Assembly: GCA_027296625.1 (NCBI GenBank)
Contig: JAPUIX010000170.1
Coordinates: forward strand, 10,559-74,558
Source: Gammaproteobacteria bacterium
GTDB lineage: Bacteria > Pseudomonadota > Gammaproteobacteria > JAKEHO01
Direction of reading: 5' to 3'
Length of the DNA: 64,000 nt
A program made the position numbers and the translations under genes. How positions within the stretch are numbered: position 1 is the stretch's first letter; each line of letters starts with the position of its first letter. The notes under the pieces are model-generated. The model ran no database searches, was not told the DNA's origin, and saw only the letters and a program-made list of their open reading frames with translations. This document shows positions 9,849 through 21,100 of this stretch, one piece after another.

Positions 9849-10752
9849 ATGAAGGCATTGAGCAACTTCCTTGTCTATATTGGCGCCACGGTCGTCTTCG
9901 GCGCGCTGCTATCGTATCTCCTGTTTCTGTTGATCCATCATAGTCTGTTTGAGCAGTCGGCGTTGTTGCAAATTCCTTTTCATAAGGTTGCGCCTCGCGC
10001 ATTCCTGCTCGTTGCCTTGGTTGCTCTCTGGCCTCTATTGAAAATCGCTTGGATTGTCAACAGGCAGCAACCTGGGATTTGGTATCCCGCCGAGGGCATT
10101 TTTGGCAGCTGTCGGTCGTGGCATGATTGTTGGGATCACGATTATGGCATCCCTTGCGATCGTGTTGGTAATCCTTGGGGTGAGAGTCGTCAATTTACAC
10201 ATATCACTCTTTTCACTCGAGTTCATGGGCATTTTAGTAAAGGCGCTGTTTGCAGGGCTTTTAATTGGACTAATCGAAGAGACATTGTTCCGCGGCGCCT
10301 TATTTAGTGTCCTACAAGAGGCGCTTAACGTTACAGGAACAATCGTGTTTACAGCATTCCTTTATGCTGCGGTTCATTTCATTCGCCCCCAAATCGAAAT
10401 TCCCTTCGATGATGTAGGTTGGTTCAGCGGCTTTACGGTGCTGTCGGATTCCTTCAGCAGTTACTGGAACCTTGGGTTTCTGGGTTCTTTCTTAGCGCTA
10501 CTCGCAGCAGGGATATTTCTTGCTCTGGTCCGCTTCAAGACAGGTCATATTGGGTACTGTATTGGAATCCATGCCGGTTGGGTGCTATCGCTCAAAATGA
10601 CGAAAAAGCTTACGGGATTGGATTATCAGTCGGACTGGGGATTCTTGGTCGGAAATTATGACGGAATTATTGGATACCTGGCGCTTGGGTGGCTTGCCGT
10701 TGCTTCCCTAATGTATTACTTCCTCTATGTCCGAAGGGTGGCCGTGTCATAG
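9849..10752 (+). pseudogene. CPBP-family (CAAX/Abi) intramembrane metalloprotease with its frame broken in an A4 run at 10041-10044
   Basis: ORF 9849..10307 supplies the N-terminal TM helices. ORF 10054..10752 supplies the EETLFRG, AAVHF and HAGW motifs. Removing one A gives ...WPLLKSLGLSTGSNLGFGIPPRAFL..., a continuous family-like sequence. Confidence 0.65.
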
Positions 10753-10862
10753 CGACGAGTTGCAGTTCGCAGTACTAAATTATTAAGTCCCTCATGAGCC
10801 TACTGCGCAGTGGGTCTGTGCTGAATACGGAGAGAAACATCAGATCTGTATCCGATAATGCA

Positions 10863-11675
10863 TTACAAATCCAAGTTTACGTCGATATCGTTTTCCTCAA
10901 TATTCTTTCTGCAAACGCCGCGTTTGGATGCCTCGATAAACTCACACAACTCAATGGCGGGACCGTCGTTAAATTCATCGCGAACACGTTGTGTGGCCTG
11001 TGGGACATTGAGGCCCGATCCGTAAATAAGGGTAAAGGCGTGTTTGACCTCTTGACGTTCTACCGGTGACATGCCTGCGCGGCGCATGCCGATGACATTC
11101 AGCCCGAGAATCTTATTGGGTTGAAGGGGTTGTGTGGTGCAAAATGGCGGAACGTCTAGGCTGATTGCGCTGCCGCCACCCAGCATGGCGAGTCGCCCCA
11201 CGCGGCAGAACTGGTGCACCAGACAGTTGCCACTGATGAAAGCCCCATCGCCGACTTCACTGTAACCACCCAGTAACGCCCCGTTGGCAAGGATGACACC
11301 CTTGCCCAACTTTACGTTATGTGCAACGTGAGAACAGCTCATCAGATAGCATTCGTCGCCAACGATACTCGAGCTACCCGCTTTCGTGCCGCGGTGGACC
11401 GTCACACCCTCTCTGACCACACAGTTGGCGCCGATCTTGACGTAGGTTTCGTCATTCTTATGGGTGAGATCTTGTGGCAGGTCCCCCAGCACTGCACCGG
11501 CGTGGACCCGGCAGCCGGGTCCCAGTGTCGTGTTTCGGTAGATGACTGCCTGAGGTCCGATGGCACACCCATCGCCGAGGCACGCCCCCCGTTCGATGTA
11601 AGCAAAGGGGCCGACAATGACATCGTGGCCTAGGACTGCTCCGTCTTCCACGACTGCTGTGGGATGAATACTCAT
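10863..11675 (-). CDS. lpxA: acyl-ACP--UDP-N-acetylglucosamine O-acyltransferase
   Basis: MSIHPTAVVEDGAVLG start, left-handed beta-helix hexapeptide repeats, then the LGLNVIGMRRAG helical domain. The tracked ORF extends to 11726. Confidence 0.85.
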   Translation of the reverse strand: MSIHPTAVVEDGAVLGHDVIVGPFAYIERGACLGDGCAIGPQAVIYRNTTLGPGCRVHAGAVLGDLPQDLTHKNDETYVKIGANCVVREGVTVHRGTKAGSSSIVGDECYLMSCSHVAHNVKLGKGVILANGALLGGYSEVGDGAFISGNCLVHQFCRVGRLAMLGGGSAISLDVPPFCTTQPLQPNKILGLNVIGMRRAGMSPVERQEVKHAFTLIYGSGLNVPQATQRVRDEFNDGPAIELCEFIEASKRGVCRKNIEENDIDVNLDL

Positions 11676-11793
11676 GGACTTGCGGTGACTGATCGAAGGG
11701 AGTTCAAGACGACTCTGTGGCGCCAATTACAGAATCTGATCCAGCACAGTGGTCACCCAGCGGGGGCGAACAGCGTGTTTCCATCCATAAGGC

Positions 11794-14532
11794 CTAGGCC
11801 GCGAGTTGCCGCAGTACATAGGGTAGGATGCCGCCGTTCGTGAAGTAGTCCCACTCCTTGGGTGTGTCGATGCGAACCTTGACAGTAAAGCGTATGGGCT
11901 CGCTGTCATCGGCTGTTGCAAGCACGGTGACTTCCTTGGCCTGAGGCTTAAGCCCCTCGATATCGTAGACCTCCGTGCCAGCGAGCCCTAGGCTTTCCGC
12001 GTTTTCCCCGTCTTGGAAGGTGAGGGGCAGAACCCCCATACCCACGAGATTCGATCGGTGAATGCGCTCAAAGCTTTGGGCAATGACGGCCTTCACGCCC
12101 AACAGCGCGACACCCTTGGCGGCCCAGTCGCGTGAGGATCCGGTGCCATATTCTTTACCGGCTAAGACCAATAGCGGCACGCTGTCCGTCTGATACTTCA
12201 TGGCAGCATCATAAATACTCATCTGCTTTTCGGAGGGAAAATGGACTGTCCATCCGCCCTCGGTACCTGGCGCCAGTTGGTTACGCAAGCGGATGTTCGC
12301 GAATGTGCCGCGCATCATCACTTCGTGGTTTCCACGTCGTGACCCGTAAGAATTGAAGTCCTTGGGTTGAACACCGTGCGCGATCAGGTATTGACCGGCG
12401 GGACTGTCGGGTTTGATGGCACCGGCGGGGGAGATGTGGTCCGTGGTGATGCTATCGCTAAGCAGGGCCAAAACGCGAGCGCCGCGGATGGCCGCGATGC
12501 TATCGGGGTTAGCGTGCATGTCATCAAAGTACGGAGGACTCTTGACATAGGTAGAACGTTGGTCCCAGTCAAACTGGTCGGCTTGTGGTATCGTCATGCT
12601 GGTCCAACGACTATCACCTGAGAAAACATTCTCGTAACTTGCGCGGAACATTGCGGGATCGATACTGCTTGCTATCGTTTCATGGATAGCCTGCTGGTTG
12701 GGCCAGATGTCCTTCAAAAAAGTGGGTTTTCCTTGTTTGTCGATGCCTAGGGGTTCCTTGTAGAGGTTGATGTCCATCGTGCCCGCTATGGCATACGCTA
12801 CCACCAGGGGGGGTGAAGCAAGAAAATTCATCTTTACCTCAGCATGCACGCGTCCCTCGAAGTTGCGGTTACCTGATAAGATCGCACACACCGCCAGATC
12901 ACGCGCTTGGATGGCCTGGCTTACGGCCTCGGGCAATGGGCCTGAGTTTCCGATGCAGGTGGTGCAGCCGTAGCCCACGAGGTTAAACCCCATCGCCTCA
13001 AGGTGGGGCATCAGCTTTGCTTTTTCCAGATAGTCACTCACGACCTTTGATCCTGGGGCAAGGCTCGTCTTTACCCAAGGTTTTACCTTGAGGCCTCGCT
13101 CGTGTGCCGCCTTCGCCAGTAGGCCAGCCGCCACCATGACGGACGGGTTGGAGGTGTTGGTGCACGACGTGATTGCGGCAATGACGACGGCGCCGTCTGC
13201 AATCGGGAATGCACTGTCATCTAAGACGATGGGCGCGCTATTCGCGGGGCCGGAGTTTTTTATCCCGGCGGCTGTGCCGCCACCTTCATTTTCAAAACGC
13301 GCCATGTCGCCGTTTCTAGATGCCGCTCGTTCATGATGATGTTCGCGCAGTGCTTGGTTGACGACCTGCTTGGCCTCGCGCAGCGAGACTCGGTCCTGCG
13401 GTCGCTTTGGGCCGGCGAGGCTAGGTTCGACGCTGCGCATATCCAGTTCCAGCACATCGGAATACACCGCTTCATCGCTGCTGGCTGTTCGGAAAAGGCC
13501 CTGGGCCTTAGTGTAGGCTTCCACCAATGCGATTTGCTCTGCTGTACGGCCGGAGAGTTCCAGGTAGCGCAGGGTTTCGCCGTCGATGGGGAAGATCCCG
13601 CAGGTAGCCCCGTATTCCGGGGCCATATTCGCGATGGTCGCGCGATCGGCGAGTGGTAAGTGGTCGAGACCCTCGCCGAAGAATTCGACAAACTTGTCCA
13701 CCACGCCCCGCTCTCGAAGTAGGTGGGTGACCGTGAGTACGAGGTCTGTGGCGGTGGCGCCTTCGGGCAGTTGGCCTGTGAGTTTGAAACCGACCACTTG
13801 GGGGATCAGCATGCTGATGGGTTGGCCGAGCATGACGGCCTCGGCTTCGATCCCCCCAACCCCCCAGCCCAATACGCCTAAGCCGTTAATCATGGTGGTA
13901 TGGGAATCGGTGCCGACCAATGTGTCGGGATAGGCCTGTTCAATCCCATTGTCTTTTTTGGTGAACACTACACGGGCGAGATATTCCAAATTGACTTGAT
14001 GTACGATGCCGGTACCGGGGGGTACCACCTTGAAGTTGGAAAACGCCTGTTGGCCCCATCGCAAGAATGCATAACGTTCTTTGTTGCGATCGAATTCGAT
14101 TGCAGCATTTTGTGCGATCGCATCCGCGCGCCCGAACACATCCACCTGAACCGAGTGGTCAATCACCAGTTCTGCTGGAGAAATGGGATTAATGCGAGCG
14201 GGATCGCCACCGAGTTTGCCCAAGGCATCACGCATGGCGGCAAGGTCGACAACGGCGGGCACACCAGTGAAGTCCTGCATCAGTACGCGGGCCGGCGTAA
14301 ACGCAATCTCACGGGTCGGCTCGCTTTGGGGATCCCACGATGCAAGGGCTTCAATGTCGTCGACTGTCACATTGACTCCGTCTTCACAGCGCAAAAGGTT
14401 TTCGAGCAGGATCTTCAGTGAGAAGGGTAGGCGCTGGATATCAAAGCGCTTATCAAGGCACTTAAGCGCAAATAGCTCATACGTTGATTTCCCAACATTG
14501 AGCGTCGAGCGCGCTTGGAAACTGTTTTTCAT
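11794..14532 (-). CDS. acnA: aconitate hydratase A
   Basis: About 912 aa with full-length similarity to AcnA/IRP. Fe-S cysteine blocks [10 protein letters not shown] and [12 protein letters not shown]. Confidence 0.95.
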   Translation of the reverse strand: MKNSFQARSTLNVGKSTYELFALKCLDKRFDIQRLPFSLKILLENLLRCEDGVNVTVDDIEALASWDPQSEPTREIAFTPARVLMQDFTGVPAVVDLAAMRDALGKLGGDPARINPISPAELVIDHSVQVDVFGRADAIAQNAAIEFDRNKERYAFLRWGQQAFSNFKVVPPGTGIVHQVNLEYLARVVFTKKDNGIEQAYPDTLVGTDSHTTMINGLGVLGWGVGGIEAEAVMLGQPISMLIPQVVGFKLTGQLPEGATATDLVLTVTHLLRERGVVDKFVEFFGEGLDHLPLADRATIANMAPEYGATCGIFPIDGETLRYLELSGRTAEQIALVEAYTKAQGLFRTASSDEAVYSDVLELDMRSVEPSLAGPKRPQDRVSLREAKQVVNQALREHHHERAASRNGDMARFENEGGGTAAGIKNSGPANSAPIVLDDSAFPIADGAVVIAAITSCTNTSNPSVMVAAGLLAKAAHERGLKVKPWVKTSLAPGSKVVSDYLEKAKLMPHLEAMGFNLVGYGCTTCIGNSGPLPEAVSQAIQARDLAVCAILSGNRNFEGRVHAEVKMNFLASPPLVVAYAIAGTMDINLYKEPLGIDKQGKPTFLKDIWPNQQAIHETIASSIDPAMFRASYENVFSGDSRWTSMTIPQADQFDWDQRSTYVKSPPYFDDMHANPDSIAAIRGARVLALLSDSITTDHISPAGAIKPDSPAGQYLIAHGVQPKDFNSYGSRRGNHEVMMRGTFANIRLRNQLAPGTEGGWTVHFPSEKQMSIYDAAMKYQTDSVPLLVLAGKEYGTGSSRDWAAKGVALLGVKAVIAQSFERIHRSNLVGMGVLPLTFQDGENAESLGLAGTEVYDIEGLKPQAKEVTVLATADDSEPIRFTVKVRIDTPKEWDYFTNGGILPYVLRQLAA

Positions 14533-14659
14533 TTTTCCCTCCAAATTGGTAAGGGGAGATTTTACCTATTGTGCGGGTGTTCGGCGAGTTCGCGGAGATC
14601 TTTGTCGCTGGCCGTGCCTAGATCCGCGATCACGGCGTGCTTGAAAGTGGCCGGTGGTG

Positions 14660-15778
14660 CTATCGATACGTTTTGTCTATGGTGCCTCCGCCGAGACAGG
14701 TATCGCCCTGATAAAACACTACTGATTGACCGGGTGTCACGGCGCGCTGAGGCCGGTCAAAATCCACGTGACATTGATCGTTGTCAAGCGACGTAATGGT
14801 GCAATCCTGATCAGGCTGCCGATAGCGGGTTTTCAACTTGCATTTGAACGGGAGCTCAGGTGGCGGGCTGAGGATCCAGTGGAGTCCCGACGCCACAACA
14901 CGATGACTGAAGAGTAGGGGATGATCATTTCCCTGGACGGCAACGAGCACGTTTTTTTTGAGGTCTTTCGCTACAACGTACCAGGGTTTACTACGGGCGT
15001 CTGTGCGGCCACCGATGCCAAGCCCTTTGCGCTGACCCAAGGTGTAGTACATCACTCCGTCATGATGCCCGATCGTCTTCCCGTCCGGCGTCTGGATCTC
15101 GCCTGGTTGCGCTGGCAGATAACGCATTAGAAATGTCTTGAAGTGGCGCTCACCGATGAAACAGATCCCAGTGCTGTCCTTTTTATCGTGTGTTACAAGG
15201 CCTGCGTCTGCAGCGAGTTTTCGAACTGCTGGTTTTCTCATCTCGCCAATCGGAAAGAGCGAGTGCTTGAGTTGTTTTTGCCCTAGCGCGTACAGAAAGT
15301 AGCTCTGGTCCTTGTTGCTATCTGAGCCTTTGAGTAGCTGAAAGCGGTCATCTGCCGAACGGACCCGTGCGTAATGGCCCATTGCGATCATTTCGGCACC
15401 TAAACTTAGTGCGTGCTCGAGAAAAGCCTTGAACTTGATCTCACGGTTGCAAAGGATGTCCGGATTAGGCGTGCGACCGCATCTGTATTCATTGAGAAAA
15501 TGCATAAAGACATTTTTCCAATAATCAGTCGATAGATTTACCGTATGGAGTGGAATGTCCAGATCATCGCAGACACGTTTGGCATCCTGTACGTCTTCAG
15601 CTGCGGCACAGAAGTATTCAGTGTCGTCTTCTTCCCAGTTTTTCATGAAAAGACCTTCGACTGTATATCCCTGTTGCTTCAACAGCATGGCACTAACAGA
15701 TGAGTCGACACCACCAGAAAGACCGATGATGACCTTGCTGCAGGCAAGCGTGGTTGGAGCTATTTGTGTTGCGACCAT
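14660..15778 (-). CDS. mnmA: tRNA 2-thiouridine(34) synthase
   Basis: PP-loop [17 protein letters not shown], and DQSYFLY blocks. Confidence 0.95.
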   Translation of the reverse strand: MVATQIAPTTLACSKVIIGLSGGVDSSVSAMLLKQQGYTVEGLFMKNWEEDDTEYFCAAAEDVQDAKRVCDDLDIPLHTVNLSTDYWKNVFMHFLNEYRCGRTPNPDILCNREIKFKAFLEHALSLGAEMIAMGHYARVRSADDRFQLLKGSDSNKDQSYFLYALGQKQLKHSLFPIGEMRKPAVRKLAADAGLVTHDKKDSTGICFIGERHFKTFLMRYLPAQPGEIQTPDGKTIGHHDGVMYYTLGQRKGLGIGGRTDARSKPWYVVAKDLKKNVLVAVQGNDHPLLFSHRVVASGLHWILSPPPELPFKCKLKTRYRQPDQDCTITSLDNDQCHVDFDRPQRAVTPGQSVVFYQGDTCLGGGTIDKTYR

Positions 15779-16278
15779 GCTGTCTCCTCTGGGCCCGTCG
15801 AGGCCGCCAACCTTTTCCCCGGTATGTAGTGATTGAGGATGTCTAGGGGGTAATGTCTTCTCTTCATATGATCGTCAATGCACCGCAGTACCATTGGACT
15901 GCGAAGTTTCTCGCGCATTGAGATAAGCTCGTCACGCGAGAGCCATCTGACCCGGATAATACCCTCATCGAGCGGACGCTCAGGCTCATGCTTTTGGCAG
16001 CGACCACAAAAACACATGCGAAGGTATGTAACATCCTCTTCGGCGTTTGAACAAAGATAAACACCAACCAGCGCCTCTGGTTCAAAGTGCCAACCCGTCT
16101 CTTCCAGCACCTCCCGTTTCACCGCGTCGAACAAGGTTTCTCCCGGTTCAAGATGGCCGGCCGGTTGATTGAACACCACCCGACCGTCATTGGCGGTTTC
16201 TTCAACCAAGAGAAAGCGTCGATCCCGCTCTATGATGGCAGCGACAGTCACATTGGGTTTCCAAACCATAAGGGCCAT
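15760..16278 (-). CDS. NUDIX hydrolase (NudJ-like)
   Basis: Nudix box [22 protein letters not shown]. Overlaps the mnmA start by 19 nt, which is the common nudix-mnmA arrangement. Confidence 0.8.
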   Translation of the reverse strand: MALMVWKPNVTVAAIIERDRRFLLVEETANDGRVVFNQPAGHLEPGETLFDAVKREVLEETGWHFEPEALVGVYLCSNAEEDVTYLRMCFCGRCQKHEPERPLDEGIIRVRWLSRDELISMREKLRSPMVLRCIDDHMKRRHYPLDILNHYIPGKRLAASTGPEETAWSQHK

Positions 16279-16479
16279 TGTAACCCAAACCTCAGCATCC
16301 CGGGTTTGGATTGATGTGATTGGCCAGGATTAGTCGCTGAGGTATTGCTGAACTGATGCACAGATATCATGCGTGGGTGACCTCGATCGATTGCACGCTG
16401 GCTGTCGATACGATGGTGACATTCCGTGGCATAGCGGGCATGGGCTAACACTGATGATGAACTTGCGGTTAAAGTAGCG

Positions 16480-18066
16480 TTGTGGGGGCTTCCTGTCGTG
16501 TCGTTGGCGCCACCGTTGGAGGGGGTTGCCCGTATGACTAGGTTGAATGGTGTTTCAACAAGATGGATCAGTTGGAGGGGAAAAATGATTAAGTTGGGCT
16601 CGATACACAGTGTCATCCTGAGCCGATTGCGGCGAATGGCAATCCCAAGCGTAGCGTTCTGTCTGCCGGGAGCAGCGCATGCGACAAGCGATGCAGGGCT
16701 TGTCTTAGATCTTACCGGCGAATGGATGGGTATTGCGGCAATTGCGATCTTTGTGCTCGCGTATACCCTGGTCATTGCCGAGGAGACGCTGCACCTCAGG
16801 AAATCAAAACCTGTCATGGTCGCGGCGGGCATCATTTGGGCCCTAGTTGCCCTCGCCTATTTACAAGTGGGTGACATGCACACGGCGGAAGAGGCGGTAC
16901 TCCACAATCTACTGGAATTTGCCCAGATCTTTCTATTTCTCCTTGCAGCGATGACCTACATCAACACGATGGAAGAAGTCGGTCTCTTCAATGCCCTTAG
17001 GGTTTGGCTCGTGTCCCGGGGCTTTTCGCTTAGAACGATCTTCTGGATAACGGGAGTGCTCGCGTTCTGTATATCGCCACTTGCAGATAATCTGACGACG
17101 GCGTTGTTGATGGCGACGGTGGTGATGGCGGTGGGCGGTACGAATGTCCGCTTTGTTACCGTGGCCTGTGTGAACATTGTGGTTGCCGCGAACGCGGGCG
17201 GGGCGTTCAGCCCCTTTGGCGATATCACCACCTTGATGGTTTGGCAAAAGGGCATCGTCAAAATTCATGAATTCTTGGCACTGTTTACGCCATCGTTCAT
17301 CAACTGGATTATCCCGGCTGTCATCATGTCCTTTACAGTGCCCAAGGGGCAACCCGATGCCGTCGCTGAGAAGGCAGAGCTGCAGAAAGGGGCCTGGGGA
17401 GTGCTTGGCCTCTTTTTGTTGACGATCACCATGGCCATATCGGCACGCTATTTCCTGAATCTGCCGCCTGTGATGGGGATGATGACGGGCTTAGGGCTTT
17501 TGAAGTTCTATGGGTATTACCTAAAGACCCGCGGGGCGTTGGCCTTGCGGCGGCCGACCGAAGGGCCTGAGGAGGCAAGGCTTGAGGTGGATGAAGCGCT
17601 AATCACATCACCACCTAAAACGCCGTTTGATGTCTTCAAGGCCCTGGAGCGGGCGGAATGGGATACCTTGATGTTTTTCTACGGGGTCATCCTGTGTGTG
17701 GGGGGGCTTGCGCAGATAGGCTACCTCGCAATGGGTGCCCAGGTGCTGTATGTCGATCTGGGACCCACTACGGCCAACATACTTGTCGGGATCCTGTCCG
17801 CTATCATCGATAATATCCCGGTGATGTTCGCCGTCCTGTCGATGTCACCTGATATGAGCCACGGCCAATGGCTGCTGGTGACACTCACCACAGGTGTCGG
17901 CGGATCGTTGCTGTCGATTGGATCGGCGGCGGGTGTGGCCGTGATGGGGCAAGCGCGCGGCATCTATACCTTCTTCTCTCATCTCAAATGGAGCTGGGCT
18001 ATCGGATTGGGGTATGCCGCCAGCATCTGGGTCCATCTTACGGTGAACGCGAACTTGTTTCATTAG
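16480..18066 (+). CDS. nhaD: NhaD-type Na+/H+ antiporter (ArsB/NhaD permease superfamily)
   Basis: Polytopic membrane ORF with the paired blocks PLADNLTTALLM and SAIIDNIPVMFAVL. The true start is probably internal (MTRLNG or MIKLGS). Confidence 0.65.
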   Translation: MWGLPVVSLAPPLEGVARMTRLNGVSTRWISWRGKMIKLGSIHSVILSRLRRMAIPSVAFCLPGAAHATSDAGLVLDLTGEWMGIAAIAIFVLAYTLVIAEETLHLRKSKPVMVAAGIIWALVALAYLQVGDMHTAEEAVLHNLLEFAQIFLFLLAAMTYINTMEEVGLFNALRVWLVSRGFSLRTIFWITGVLAFCISPLADNLTTALLMATVVMAVGGTNVRFVTVACVNIVVAANAGGAFSPFGDITTLMVWQKGIVKIHEFLALFTPSFINWIIPAVIMSFTVPKGQPDAVAEKAELQKGAWGVLGLFLLTITMAISARYFLNLPPVMGMMTGLGLLKFYGYYLKTRGALALRRPTEGPEEARLEVDEALITSPPKTPFDVFKALERAEWDTLMFFYGVILCVGGLAQIGYLAMGAQVLYVDLGPTTANILVGILSAIIDNIPVMFAVLSMSPDMSHGQWLLVTLTTGVGGSLLSIGSAAGVAVMGQARGIYTFFSHLKWSWAIGLGYAASIWVHLTVNANLFH

Positions 18067-18070
18067 AAAG

Positions 18071-18096
18071 GCGCTGAAAAAATACTTTATCAGCGC
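18071..18096. terminator. hairpin between the convergent nhaD and yhdP genes
   Basis: GCGCTGA (18071-77), a 12-nt loop, then TCAGCGC (18090-96), followed by a T-rich tract. Confidence 0.4.
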
Positions 18097-18100
18097 GCTG

Positions 18101-21100
18101 TTATTTTTTAAGCCCATCGATGAATCGAGGCGGTGTGCTGGCGGTGTCCTGATTTTTGCCGTTCACTCGCTCGATCGTTGGATCGTCCCAACTGCCCGTG
18201 ATCGTGTACTCATGGCTGAGTACGTTGTCTATTTGATCGGGCAAGGATTTAAACATCTGCCCCGCTAACAGGATGGCGGCGCCAACGCCAAGACCGACCG
18301 GTCCGAAAAAGGCACTGGCAACGGGCAAGCTGCTTGCGAACTCCGGCGTGACCAGGATGACCTGGTCGTAATCTTCGGTTGCCAGACCGGTGCGACCGGT
18401 TATGGTCATGCGTGCAGAAGGGCCTTCCAGGACGAGGTTATTGGTGTAGGCATTGCCGTTTTCAAAGTTGAACGTGCCTTCGATGCGATCAAAGGCAAAA
18501 CCTTCTTGATAGAGGTCATCAAAATCGAGCTTCAAGCGGCGCGCGAGGGTCTGAAAGCTCAGCAGGCCGAATACGCGACCGACACCCTGATCAATATCGA
18601 GAAAGCGTCCTTTACCGATGTTCATGTACAGGACGCCGTCCATGGTTGCCAGCGAAAAATCCCCTGGCGCCCCTTCCCACTGTGCACCGATATTTAATTG
18701 CGTCTCGCCGCCTTCAATTGAAGTCACGTCGTATTCGAATTGCTTAAGCAATTCCCCAAGCGCCTCTGCCTGAACGGCTATATCAAACTGCGATCGTTGT
18801 TCTTTATTGTTTATTAGCCAGTCTCCCTGGGCGGAGATATTGACGCCCGGTGAGGTCAACACGAGTTCATCCAATCGTTGTCCATCGTTGACAGGCGATG
18901 TCTTGAGGCGAGCCTCACCCAGCTCGATGGTCCCATAGGTCAGTGCTTCGCAATGGGCGTTGAGCGCAGGGAGTTGCCTTGGATCGACGCGCCTTCTGCC
19001 TTCGTCTGACGTGACACGGTCAAGCTTCAGATAGTCAAATGCCACATGGACGGGTGCGACGGATGGATCTGGAGGCACCGTAATCGACCCACTCGCCTCG
19101 GGCCCTCGGATGTCGGCGACCCATTGCTGTCGATCATGGTTAATCTTTAGGCTAACGTCATTGAACCACTGATTGAAAACTTCCAGTTTGGAAGCCCCGA
19201 TCTCGATGTCAATCGTTTCCGGCTGGAGGCTGATTGTTGACAGTTTCGCATTGCGCGCATGGCTGTGTAGGAAATCCAGCCACGGGCTCAAGGCGAGTTC
19301 GGCGAGTTCACCGCGAACAAGAAGTCCTGGGTTATCGGGTAGGCGCGGTGTACCTTGGCCGAGTTGTATGCTGATGCGATTCTGGGCGGGGCCGCTGGGT
19401 CCCTCGTGAAGCTCAAGCTTGCCGCTTACGATTGTGCTGTAATGGAAGGTGAAGTCATGTCGTGTCAAGTCAGAAATTTGGGTAACGATGGTGGAGTTTC
19501 GCGTTTCGTAGGGGGCCTTACCAAGCGGTGCAGGCATGTTAATCCCCATACCCTCAAGCGCTGAAGTGATCCGAATCTGCCCAGGGTTCTCCGGGTTACA
19601 GCAGTCAGTCGGCAGACGCACCCGAGCTTGCCAATTCGTCTGTCCGTCAACCCAGCGTTCGTCAAAGAGTGCAAGCCTTGATTCAAGCTGAATGAGCTGA
19701 TCCGCGATGAAGGCACCATCGGCCGTGCCAATCAGCAGCAGTTCGGTATCCGCTTTCCCACCGGCATAATTTGTGCTGATGTCAATTTGGATGGGCCGCC
19801 CGAAGAGCTGGCCTTCAAGCCCTTCTGCGAACAAACGTTTCTCCGTAAACTCCAACTGGCCGGCAAGGTCCGTAATTGTGATACCCAACCGCTCGGAGGA
19901 TACGGAGTTCCCGGTCCCTTGCACCTGCCCCTGTACGGTGTAATCGCCCCGGCTATTCAAGGGGACCTCCATGGTGATGTCTACCGTGATTGCGCCATCG
20001 AAGGCCATCGTGCTGAACTGCCTTCCAACGGCCTTCGATGCTAATGGACTTTGTACTATCAATGTCTGCACATCCTTAGCAGGCCCTATTATTGTGCTGT
20101 GTCCTTTGAATAGCATCTTCGCTGCGTTGACATCAGCAATCTCGCCATGTACGTTCACAATTTCAGAGTTAAGTATTCTCGCGTGTGTCGCATCGAAGCT
20201 GACGCTCTGGCCTTTGAAGGTGATGTTCGCCTCAATATCGTTAACTTGAGGCCAACCTGACGCAAAGTTCAAGACCCCATCGCTAATGCTTGCCCGTACT
20301 TCAAAACGCCCTTGACCCTCAGTGAACGGGAACTCGTCAAGCTGGCCGCGCAATACACCTTGGCCTTCCGTGATCCATCCAGCAGCGATCGTATCTTTGA
20401 CCCATTGCTTATCTGATTCCGATACGGTGTTCGGGAGATATCGGGCAATGTGTTCTAGCCTCACATCTTCAAATCTCACGACAAGATCGGCTGTTGGAAT
20501 CCAATTTTTTCCCGGCCAAGCGAGTCGTCCGCCGAGTGTCGCATTGATTTCTTCGCTGTCTATGGTTAACAGATCGGATGTCACCATCCAGCCGTCCTCA
20601 TCATGCGTCCAGTGTATCTTCCCCTCTAGCCGATCAAGCCACAGCGGCACCTTAAACCATTTAGGAAATTCCAGCTGGAGTGAATCTGCATCCAAAAGCA
20701 ATTCGCCACCACCAAACGTACCGCTGACACTGCCACGTAATCCGTTGATTCCCGGTAGATCGGCAGCTGCATCGGCGATCAGATCATCAAAGTGTGCCCT
20801 GAGAAAAAGTCGCTCATCGAATTTCCGCTCCGGGCGGTAATCAAATCGGATACGCCGAAGCTCACCGCGTGGTGCGGCATTCAAAACGTACCGGCGGAGT
20901 ATTGGTGGTAGGACAGGCAACCTCGCCAAGAACGGCGCAATATCATCGAGTTGGAGAAACCGAAGACTACCTGTGAATCGGTGTTGACCTGTCTCTGGCA
21001 GTGGCGTGATACGGAGCTGGATGTCATCTTCCGGCCAGGCTCCATGGGGCGTCTTAACCCAGAGTCGAGTTACATTAATCAGCCAACCATCATTCGTTGT

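Noticed and set aside
16248-16835. 195-aa minus-strand ORF upstream of and overlapping nhaD
   Set aside because: Low-complexity Ala/Ser/Thr/Arg-rich translation with no motif. It is antisense to a well-supported membrane transporter, a typical shadow ORF in GC-rich DNA.
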